DNA of 24,000 nucleotides from Mesoflavibacter sp. (lineage in GTDB: Bacteria > Pseudomonadota > Alphaproteobacteria > UBA8366 > Aestuariispiraceae). Under the pieces are notes generated by a model. It saw only the letters and a program-made list of their open reading frames with translations. It searched no databases and had not been told where the DNA came from. This document shows positions 8,285 to 15,212 of this stretch, in pieces; position 1 is the first letter of the stretch; each line of letters begins with the position of its first letter. Made by a program: the position numbers and the translations under genes. The stretch is from positions 2,920,148-2,944,147 of the forward strand of contig CP051228.1 of NCBI GenBank assembly GCA_017792345.1, written 5' to 3'.

Positions 8285-8620
8285 GGGGGGTTCTGTTGCT
8301 GGGTCCCCCAAGCCCCACCTGGAAACGGATGAGGTTTCCAGGAATTCCGACTTTGCTACTGAGACCGCTTACGCAGCGACAGCAACCATCTCGTCGTTAT
8401 CATTCGCATTTAGCGATTCGGCCCGATAACGGCGGAACCATGCCGGGCGCGGACCTCTGCCTTTACCACGCGTGTCGATCCTGATTCGCCCCCATATGCC
8501 GGGAAAACCGATTGGAATTCCCGGCGAAACTGGTGGAGGCGCCGGGTACTGCCCCCGGGTCCACAACGCTTATTTCGCAGCGCCCTCTAGCGCCATAGTC
8601 GATTGCTCGACAGGAATACA
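8285..8620 (-). ncRNA. ssrA: tmRNA, circularly permuted two-piece form: acceptor piece, linker, then coding piece. The outer ends are approximate.
   Basis: All of the following is read on the minus strand.
- The acceptor piece ends GGAC-CCGGG-GGCAGUA-CCCGG-C-GCCUCC-ACCA, with the 3' A at 8531.
- A 37-nt linker (8494-8530) contains the hairpin gccgggaa...ttcccggc.
- The coding piece starts at 8493 with GGGGGCGAAUCAGGAUCGACACGCG, which resembles E. coli GGGGCUGAUUCUGGAUUCGACGGG.
- GGGGGCG pairs with CGCCUCC as a 7-bp acceptor stem with the G3:U alanine identity pair.
- The tag frame GCG AAT GAT AAC GAC GAG ATG GTT GCT GTC GCT GCG TAA (8407-8369) encodes ANDNDEMVAVAA*, a typical alphaproteobacterial tag.

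The 5' and 3' limits are inferred from my recollection of Caulobacter piece sizes and could be off by about 30 nt. Confidence 0.88.
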
Positions 8621-8690
8621 TATAGGCAGTATGACCGCGCGATGAAAGGGGTTTTCAGGCTACCCCGGAATCTCCCTTAATGGTGTCGCC

Positions 8691-9485
8691 ATGAAGCAAT
8701 ATCTCGATCTGCTGCGCGACGCGCGCGACAATGGGGCGGTCAAGACCGACCGGACCGGCACCGGAACGAAGTCGGTCTTCGGCCGCCAGTTCCGATTTGA
8801 CCTGTCTGAAGGCTTTCCGCTGGTCACCACCAAGAAGCTGCATCTGCGCTCTATCATTCATGAACTTTTGTGGTTCCTGCGGGGCGACACGAATATCGCC
8901 TATCTGAAGGAAAACGGCGTTTCGATCTGGGACGAATGGGCCGACGAGAACGGCGATCTGGGGCCGGTCTACGGCAAACAGTGGCGGTCCTGGGCCGCAC
9001 CAGACGGGCGCAGCATCGACCAGATGCAAATCCTGATCGACGGACTGAAACGCAATCCGGACAGCCGCCGCCATATGCTCAGCGCTTGGAACCCGGCCGA
9101 TATCGACGCGATGGCGCTGCCGCCCTGTCATTGCCTGTTCCAGTTCTATGTCGCGGAAGGGAAGCTGAGCTGTCAGCTTTACCAGCGCAGCGCCGATATC
9201 TTCCTGGGCGTGCCGTTCAACATCGCGTCCTATGCGTTGCTGACCATGATGGTCGCCCAAGGTGTCGGGCTGAAGCCCGGCGATTTCGTTCATACATTCG
9301 GCGACGCGCATCTCTATCTGAATCATCTCGACCAGGCCGACCTGCAGCTCGGCCGCACACCACGCAGCCTGCCGACCATGGCGATCAATCCGGATATCAA
9401 AGACGTCTTCGCCTTCCGGTTCGAGGATTTCGAATTGTCGGATTACGATCCGCACCCGCATATCTCGGCGCCGGTCGCGGTTTAG
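8691..9485 (+). CDS. thyA: Thymidylate synthase
   Basis: 264 aa. Full-length ThyA signature: MKQYLDLL...DRTGTGT.S.FG, the catalytic Cys region [12 protein letters not shown], and [16 protein letters not shown]. Confidence 0.97.
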
Positions 9486-9486
9486 G

Positions 9487-9864
9487 ATGGCGGTCAGCCC
9501 GGAATTGATGGAGTGGCTGGCCGAACGTTTTGCGCCGCTGGGTCCGGTGCATCGCAAGCGACTGTTCGGCGGCATGTGCTTCTATCTGGACGACGCGATG
9601 TTCGCCGCCGTGTTGCGCGACACGCTGTATTTCAAATGCGATGACGATACCGCCGCAGCCTTCGACGCGGCCGGCTGCGAGCCCTTCGAATATGACAAGC
9701 AGGGCGGCACGACGGTTGTTCCTGCCTTTCGCCGCTGTCCGGATTCCGCGATGGATGACGAGGACGAATTGCTCGACTGGGCGCGATTGGGGATCGAGGC
9801 CGGGCGCCGAACCGCGATCGAGAAGGCGAAAAAAGCCGCCCGGAAGAAAGCGAAGAAGAAATGA
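9487..9864 (+). CDS. TfoX/Sxy N-terminal domain protein with a Lys-rich C-terminal tail
   Basis: 125 aa. The segment LGPVHRKRLFGGMCFYLDDAMFAAVLRDTLYFKCDD resembles the TfoX_N fold signature, and the tail is EKAKKAARKKAKKK. The ATG lies 1 nt after the thyA stop, and its own stop overlaps the folA start (ATGA at 9861-9864). Confidence 0.7.
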   Translation: MAVSPELMEWLAERFAPLGPVHRKRLFGGMCFYLDDAMFAAVLRDTLYFKCDDDTAAAFDAAGCEPFEYDKQGGTTVVPAFRRCPDSAMDDEDELLDWARLGIEAGRRTAIEKAKKAARKKAKKK

Positions 9865-10391
9865 CGTCCGCGACGGATCCCAAAATCGTTCTGGTGGTCG
9901 CCATGGCGCGCAACCGTGCCATCGGGATCGATGGCGGATTACCGTGGCGATTGCCGGGTGACCTGGCCTTCTTCAAGCGGGTCACGATGGGAAAGCCGCT
10001 GGTCATGGGGCGAAAGACCTGGGAATCGCTTCCGCGCAAACCGTTGCCGGGCCGCCCCAATCTGGTCGTGACCCGTGCGGTCGGCTATTCGGCCGATGGG
10101 GCGGAAGTCCATGACACGGTGGAAGGCGCGCTGTCCAGCGCAAGGACCCTCGCGGGGGATGCCGGAGAGGTCTGTGTCATCGGCGGCGCCGAAATCTACC
10201 GCCAGACCCTGCCCTACGCCGACCGTCTCTATCTGACCGAAGTCGACGCGGCACCGGAGGCGGATACGTATTTCCCTGATATCGCCCCGGCGGAATGGCG
10301 GGAGACAGGGCGCGAGCGCGGTCCGCCGCCCCAGGACCCGTCCGTGGACGCGCCGGATTATCACTTTGTCGTTCTGGATCGCCGCAAATAG
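9861..10391 (+). CDS. folA: Dihydrofolate reductase
   Basis: 176 aa. Motifs IGIDGGLPWRLPGDLAFFKRVTMGKPLVMGRKTWESLP and VIGGAEIYRQ are canonical type-I DHFR. Confidence 0.93.
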   Translation: MTSATDPKIVLVVAMARNRAIGIDGGLPWRLPGDLAFFKRVTMGKPLVMGRKTWESLPRKPLPGRPNLVVTRAVGYSADGAEVHDTVEGALSSARTLAGDAGEVCVIGGAEIYRQTLPYADRLYLTEVDAAPEADTYFPDIAPAEWRETGRERGPPPQDPSVDAPDYHFVVLDRRK

Positions 10392-10520
10392 GCGAGAATC
10401 GGGTAGGAAGCGGTTGCGGATGCGCGCGCCGTGACTATGTTCTGGGACCGGTCGGCGGGCACCATCCGCAATCCCGCGCCGCCATAACTTTCGCAGCCAG
10501 AGACTTTCAAGGAATTCACC

Positions 10521-11492
10521 ATGTCGGACACGCATCGGGTCAAGGTTCTCATCATCGGCGCCGGTCCGGCGGGCTTCACGGCAGCGATCTATGCCGCGCG
10601 CGCCAATCTGGAACCGATGCTGGTCGCGGGCCTGCAGCCGGGCGGTCAGTTGATGATCACGACCGATGTGGAAAACTACCCGGGCTATGAGGACGTTATC
10701 CAGGGCCCCTGGCTGATGGACCAGATGCAGAAACAGGCGGAAAAGGTCGGCACCGACATTCGTCATGATCTGATCACCGAAGTCGACTTCACCCAGCGCC
10801 CGCTGCGCGCCGTGGGCGACAGCGGCAGCGTCTATCTGGCCGACACGATCATCATCGCGACCGGCGCCCAGGCACGCTGGCTCGGACTGCCGGCGGAACA
10901 GAAATTCATGGGCTTCGGCGTTTCCGCCTGCGCGACCTGCGACGGGTTCTTCTATCGCGGCAAGGAGGTCGCCGTGATCGGCGGCGGCAATACGGCGGTC
11001 GAAGAGGCGCTGTACCTGACCAATCACGCATCCAAGGTCACGCTGATTCACCGCCGCGACAGTCTGCGGGCCGAAAAGATCCTGCAGGATCGGCTGCTGA
11101 AACACCCGAAGATCGAGGTCATCTGGGATACGGTCGTCGAGGATGTGACCGGCGGTGAGGATCCGCTGGGGGTCGAAGGTCTGGTTCTGCGCAATGTGAA
11201 AACGGATGCGAAGAGCGAGCTGCCCGTCCACGGCATGTTCGTCGCCATCGGCCACGATCCGGCGACGGCGGTCTTCAAGGGCCATATCGAAATGGACGAG
11301 GAAGGCTACATCGTAACCGCGCCGGATTCGACCGCGACCGATATTCCGGGCGTCTTCGCAGCGGGCGACGTGAAGGACAAGACCTATCGCCAGGCCGTGA
11401 CGGCGGCCGGCATGGGCTGCATGGCGGCTCTGGAAGCCGAGAAGTTCGTCGCCGGCCTTGAAGACGGCGCGGCCTCCGAAGCAGCAGAGTAA
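10521..11492 (+). CDS. trxB: Thioredoxin-disulfide reductase
   Basis: 323 aa. FAD motif IIGAGPAG, redox-active CATCDG, NADPH motif VIGGGNTAVEEALYL, and C-terminal GVFAAGDV. Confidence 0.95.
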   Translation: MSDTHRVKVLIIGAGPAGFTAAIYAARANLEPMLVAGLQPGGQLMITTDVENYPGYEDVIQGPWLMDQMQKQAEKVGTDIRHDLITEVDFTQRPLRAVGDSGSVYLADTIIIATGAQARWLGLPAEQKFMGFGVSACATCDGFFYRGKEVAVIGGGNTAVEEALYLTNHASKVTLIHRRDSLRAEKILQDRLLKHPKIEVIWDTVVEDVTGGEDPLGVEGLVLRNVKTDAKSELPVHGMFVAIGHDPATAVFKGHIEMDEEGYIVTAPDSTATDIPGVFAAGDVKDKTYRQAVTAAGMGCMAALEAEKFVAGLEDGAASEAAE

Positions 11493-11655
11493 CTCTAAAA
11501 CCCCGATAATATTAAGGGCTTAGGCCGCGCGGGGACCACGCGTCGGCAAAGCTTCACAATCGACCTGTTGTAGTTTCTCACCCGCTATTTTACCATGGAT
11601 ATTAGATAGTTAGCGCTATCAATATCTGGTCTGTTGGACGGGAGGGGATCACCAC

Positions 11656-12183
11656 ATGTTCGGTTCGAAGGAGCGTGCGGGTACGCCGCAGGCCATGGAT
11701 GAAGGGCCGGTGGCCCGATCTCATATCGCGGCGGGCATGTCCGTGACGGGCGATATCGAAGGCGATATCGACCTGCTTCTCGACGGCAAACTGGAAGGCA
11801 ATCTGCGGTGCCGCTCCGTGACGATCGGCCGGTCCGGCGAATTGATCGGCCGGGTCCAGGCGCAGGAAGCGGTGATCGACGGACGGGTCGAAGGCAATAT
11901 CGAAGCCAAGAGTGTCCGATTGAATGTCACCGCCACCATGATCGGCGATGTCCGGCACGACGTCATTGAAGTCGCCGCCGGTGCCAAGATCGAAGGCCGC
12001 TACAGCCGTATCGACGGTAAGGCGGGCGCCAAGCCGGTGGTTAAATCCTCGCACAAGACCGACAAGGGCGATGCCCCGCCGAAAACGCCGGCATCCATTG
12101 TGCCGGTCGATGATGCCGCGCCGGTATTGGCTGACAAACCGACGGGCGAAGTGGTTGCCATGGGCGGCGGAAAGCCGGTCTGA
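11656..12183 (+). CDS. Bactofilin-family polymer-forming cytoskeletal protein
   Basis: 175 aa. Repetitive beta-helix pattern (GDIEGDIDLLLDGKLEGNLRCRSVTIGRSGELIGRVQAQEAVIDGRVEGNIEAKSVRL...IEGRY) followed by a Pro/Lys-rich tail. SD ggagggg lies 6-12 nt upstream of the ATG. Confidence 0.85.
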   Translation: MFGSKERAGTPQAMDEGPVARSHIAAGMSVTGDIEGDIDLLLDGKLEGNLRCRSVTIGRSGELIGRVQAQEAVIDGRVEGNIEAKSVRLNVTATMIGDVRHDVIEVAAGAKIEGRYSRIDGKAGAKPVVKSSHKTDKGDAPPKTPASIVPVDDAAPVLADKPTGEVVAMGGGKPV

Positions 12184-12189
12184 TCGCGC

Positions 12190-13770
12190 TTAGTGTTCCG
12201 CTGCCGAGTATGCCGCTTCCACCAGATCGCCATTGACGACCAGATCGATCAGCGGCGTCAGGGAAAACATGTCTTCGCCCTCCCGGTCGATCGGCAGTAA
12301 TGGCAGCAATGTCTCCACTACCGGCCGGACGCCCCGGCCCAGATCGTCCATCGCGATTCCTCTGCGGTGGATCGCCCAGACGCCGACCGTCAGCTCGATG
12401 GACGTGATCTTGTAGGCAGCCTCGATCACTCGGGCCATGTCGGCGACGGCATGCATGGCCAGCCCCGCCGTGTCCTCCACGCCATCGGCCAATTGCCCGA
12501 CGGAATTCAACAGCACCGGATTGGCCCAGATCTTGGTCGACGCGATGAGCGATGCCGCGATATGGGACAGGTTCAGGAACTGGACGCCGCCGACAGCCCC
12601 GGATTCCCGCGCCAGACCGGTCGGCAGGCCGGAAAAGGCCGGCCAGTGCTGTTTATGCAGGCGCTCGCCGGACAATTCGCACATCTTGGCCAGGATCTGG
12701 CGTAGCGGATCGACGGCCGCCGTCAGCGCCGTCGAATCCATGTTCCCGTGGCTGATCACCATGCCGTTCGCGCTGTCGATCAGCGGGTTGTCGGTCGGCG
12801 CGTTCAGCTCGGTTTCCCAAACCTCCTGAGCGCGGCCGAGAACTTCCCAGCCGACACCGTGAATCTGCGAGACGCAGCGGAAGGACAGCGGATCCTGCAG
12901 GAACCGCGCCTCGCCCTCGCGCCAGAGGGCCGATCCGTTGAGCAGGGCACGCAGATGACCGGCGGACCGCTTCTGGCCGCGACGGCGGTGGACGGCGGTC
13001 ACCTGCGATGCGATAGCACCGGGATTGCCGCGCAGCCCTTCCAGCGCGACGGCGGCGGCGAGATCCATGGTCCGTATCAGGCGTTCCGCGGCGACGAGGC
13101 CCAGCCCGCCCATGCCGAGCGAGATGGCGTTGCTGTTCATCAGCGACAGCGCCTCTTTCGCGCCCGGCTCAAAGATCGAGTCCGGGGCGCTTTCCAAAAG
13201 GCCGAGGCCGAGCTGCGCCAGCGGCACCAGGTCCGACGCGCCGACGGAGCCGGATGCGTCGACCGGCGGAATGCGGTTGTCGTTCAGCCGCCGCAGGATG
13301 CGCTGAACCAGTTCGGGGCGGACGCCGCTGGTCCCCGTCGCGAACAGGTTGGATTGGATCGTCATGGCCGCACGCACGACGGACGGATCCAGGGTCGGCC
13401 CGGGCACGCGGGTCGCATGGGCGGCCAGCAGGCGGCGGTTGAACGATGCCAATTCGGTCTTCTGAACGCCGGAATCCTTCTGGGATCCGACACCGGTGGT
13501 GATGCCATAGGCCGGGCGTCCGGACTGCACGATGCCCTCGACCACTTCGCGGGCGTCGGCGATGCGCTGCCAGGCATCGTCGGCCAGGGTCGCCTTGTGA
13601 TGCCCGACGGCGATCCGCGCCAATTCTTGCAGCGTCAAATCGTTCCCGGTCAGCGCGATTGCATCCTGCGGCCCGTCCGTCGCCGGCACGCGGGGCAGGG
13701 CGGCGGGGGCCGGGGAGACATAGGAGGGCGAGACGGCGGGCGTCTCGTTCAAGGGCGTCTGAATCGTCAT
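12190..13770 (-). CDS. Histidine/aromatic amino acid ammonia-lyase family homolog, divergent. The in-register MIO triad is Ala-Ser-Asp, not Ala-Ser-Gly.
   Basis: 526 aa. Family motifs are present but altered relative to the canonical forms:
- AYGITTGVG versus YG.NTGFG.
- GSVGAS-DLVPLA versus GSVGASGDL.PLA.
- QDPLSFRCVSQIHG versus QD.YS.RC.PQVHG.
- TDNPLI, conserved.
- SHGNMDS versus SGGNFHG.

There is a weak SD at the ATG at 13770, so the start is somewhat uncertain. Confidence 0.8.
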   Translation of the reverse strand: MTIQTPLNETPAVSPSYVSPAPAALPRVPATDGPQDAIALTGNDLTLQELARIAVGHHKATLADDAWQRIADAREVVEGIVQSGRPAYGITTGVGSQKDSGVQKTELASFNRRLLAAHATRVPGPTLDPSVVRAAMTIQSNLFATGTSGVRPELVQRILRRLNDNRIPPVDASGSVGASDLVPLAQLGLGLLESAPDSIFEPGAKEALSLMNSNAISLGMGGLGLVAAERLIRTMDLAAAVALEGLRGNPGAIASQVTAVHRRRGQKRSAGHLRALLNGSALWREGEARFLQDPLSFRCVSQIHGVGWEVLGRAQEVWETELNAPTDNPLIDSANGMVISHGNMDSTALTAAVDPLRQILAKMCELSGERLHKQHWPAFSGLPTGLARESGAVGGVQFLNLSHIAASLIASTKIWANPVLLNSVGQLADGVEDTAGLAMHAVADMARVIEAAYKITSIELTVGVWAIHRRGIAMDDLGRGVRPVVETLLPLLPIDREGEDMFSLTPLIDLVVNGDLVEAAYSAAEH

Positions 13771-13867
13771 GACCGTATCCGGGTGCGTCTCTTATGTTTG
13801 AACAAAAAGGCCTGTCGCCCGTATAAGGCAGCAGCCCATCGTTCCGCAACCGGGGTATGCGACCTGT

Positions 13868-14227
13868 TTATCCTGTTTCCGCGCCGTCGGGCAGATTGGC
13901 CATCAGTTTGGCGACAACATCGCCGGTTTCGGCCTGTGCCTGGATCGCGTGAGTGAGGGCGCTTTGGGCGGCGTCGATGACAGCCTGTGCGTCACCTTTT
14001 CCCTCGGCGAGATCGGCCAGGGCGCGGGCCGTGGCGGCTTCCGCCAGGATCTGGGTGCGCCGCAGATGATCGGCGGCGTCCTGCAGCATCATCGCGCCGG
14101 TTTGGGCGGCGGCCTGCCTCAGCGCCTGGGCGGAGAGCGCGTCACTCCCGCCCGCGGCGAGCCGCAACAGGTTCTCCGCGGCTTCAGCGGCCTGATCGTT
14201 CATGGCGCTTTCGGCGCGTTGGCTCAT
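13868..14227 (-). CDS. Hypothetical Ala-rich, predicted all-helical small protein (119 aa), translationally coupled to the third Reb paralog
   Basis: The ATG (14227-14225) overlaps the upstream reb stop as ATGA (14224-14227). The frame has a consistent G/C third-position bias. I recognise no motif. There is no signal peptide or TM segment. Confidence 0.6.
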   Translation of the reverse strand: MSQRAESAMNDQAAEAAENLLRLAAGGSDALSAQALRQAAAQTGAMMLQDAADHLRRTQILAEAATARALADLAEGKGDAQAVIDAAQSALTHAIQAQAETGDVVAKLMANLPDGAETG

Positions 14228-14469
14228 GGCGTGTCATCCCCGGCACCGCCCCGGTTCAGGCGCCGGACCGCCGATCCCAGAAGGGCATCTGCGATAACGG
14301 AATCATGCTCTTGGCGCGCCGTTGCGTTCTGCATCTGCAATCCCATCGCCTGCGCCCAGACCTGACGCAGCAGGGAGGATGCCAGGGCCGGCGCGGCGCC
14401 CATGTTTCCAACGGAAACCTGGGTCACGGCGTCGGTGATCTGACCGTTCACCGGGGTCGGAATGGCCAT
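14224..14469 (-). CDS. RebB-family (R-body) protein, divergent paralog
   Basis: 81 aa. The N-terminus MAIPTPVNGQITDAVTQVSV carries the VN.QITD.VTQ signature of RebA/RebB/RebD proteins, but the core is diverged (APALASSLLRQVWAQAMGLQMQNATARQE). SD AGGAGG lies 5-6 nt upstream. Confidence 0.75.
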   Translation of the reverse strand: MAIPTPVNGQITDAVTQVSVGNMGAAPALASSLLRQVWAQAMGLQMQNATARQEHDSVIADALLGSAVRRLNRGGAGDDTP

Positions 14470-14504
14470 GCGGTCCTCCTGTTCCTCTGTCAGCGTCGCC
14501 TAGG

Positions 14505-14738
14505 CTACTTCCCGGCACTGCCGGACAGGCGCGACACGATTGCGCCAAGAACGGCCTGTTGAATCGTTTGCGCCGATTGCTGTTGCGCGGTCGCGTTCTC
14601 ATATAGGACGCCGCTGGCATGGGCCATTGATTGAAACACCGCGCCCATTGCCATGGCCGGAGCGTCGCCCAGAACCTTCACATTCGCCTGGGTCACCGCA
14701 TCGGTGATCTGGCCGTTTACAGGTGTCGGTATCGCCAT
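14505..14738 (-). CDS. RebB-family (R-body) protein
   Basis: 77 aa. MAIPTPVNGQITDAVTQANVKVLGDAPAMAMGAVFQSMAHASGVLYENATAQQQS matches my recollection of the RebB 'killing trait' family pattern (VNSQITD.VTQ.NVKVLG.APA.AMG..YQ...NA..QQQ). SD AAGGAG lies 9 nt upstream. Confidence 0.85.
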   Translation of the reverse strand: MAIPTPVNGQITDAVTQANVKVLGDAPAMAMGAVFQSMAHASGVLYENATAQQQSAQTIQQAVLGAIVSRLSGSAGK

Positions 14739-14787
14739 TTCTCAGTACTCCTTCGGTCTAGAACAGTGTCACATGGCGGGCGGGCAT

Positions 14788-15210
14788 TCAGCCGCGTCCC
14801 TCGGTCAGGCGCGTGGCGATTGCCGCGACAATCGCCTGATGTACCGTTTGGCTGGATTGCTGCTGGGCCACTGCGTTTTCGAACAGGATGCCGGCGGCAT
14901 GGGCGGCGGATTGATAGAGCGCGCCCATCGCCATGGCGGGCGCGTCGCCCAGCACTTTGACATTCACCTGGGTCACCGCATCGGTGATCTGGCTGTTGAC
15001 CGCGGTATTGTCGGCCATCGTAAAATCTCCTTCCGTGGGAGGTTCGGGAAAAGGGTCGTCATAAGGTTCGGATGGTGCGTCCGACAGCGCGGCGTCGGCG
15101 GATTCCGTGGGCTCGGCATTCAGAAGCCCCGCCTCGGCCTCCCGGACGGCGTCTTCGTGGGCGGTGTCCGGCTTGTTACCATCGTCGTCGTTGCCCGTCT
15201 CGTCGGCCAT
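14788..15210 (-). CDS. RebB-family (R-body) protein with a 64-aa acidic Pro-rich N-terminal extension. An alternative internal start at 15018 gives a 76-aa core-only form.
   Basis: C-terminal 76 aa: MADNTAVNSQITDAVTQVNVKVLGDAPAMAMGALYQSAAHAAGILFENAVAQQQS. The long form starts at the ATG at 15210 (MADETGNDDDGNK...), 2 nt after the upstream ORF stop. The internal ATG at 15018 has a strong SD (AAGGAGAttttacgATG). The track start at 15357 overlaps the upstream ORF and is unlikely. Confidence 0.8.
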   Translation of the reverse strand: MADETGNDDDGNKPDTAHEDAVREAEAGLLNAEPTESADAALSDAPSEPYDDPFPEPPTEGDFTMADNTAVNSQITDAVTQVNVKVLGDAPAMAMGALYQSAAHAAGILFENAVAQQQSSQTVHQAIVAAIATRLTEGRG

Positions 15211-15212
15211 GA

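Noticed and set aside
8369-8566. 65-aa minus-strand ORF in the track (MWTRGQYPAPP...ANDNDEMVAVAA).
   Set aside because: It spans the tmRNA tRNA-like domain, linker and coding piece. Only its last 12 codons, the tag reading frame, are meaningful. It is not a conventional protein gene.
13771-13867. A T5 run (aggcctttttg on the minus strand, about 13806-13816) between the 119-aa ORF and the HAL-like gene, considered as a possible terminator.
   Set aside because: The preceding sequence does not form a convincing GC-rich hairpin. Tested arm pairings break after 3-4 bp. I therefore did not call a terminator, and operon continuity remains open.
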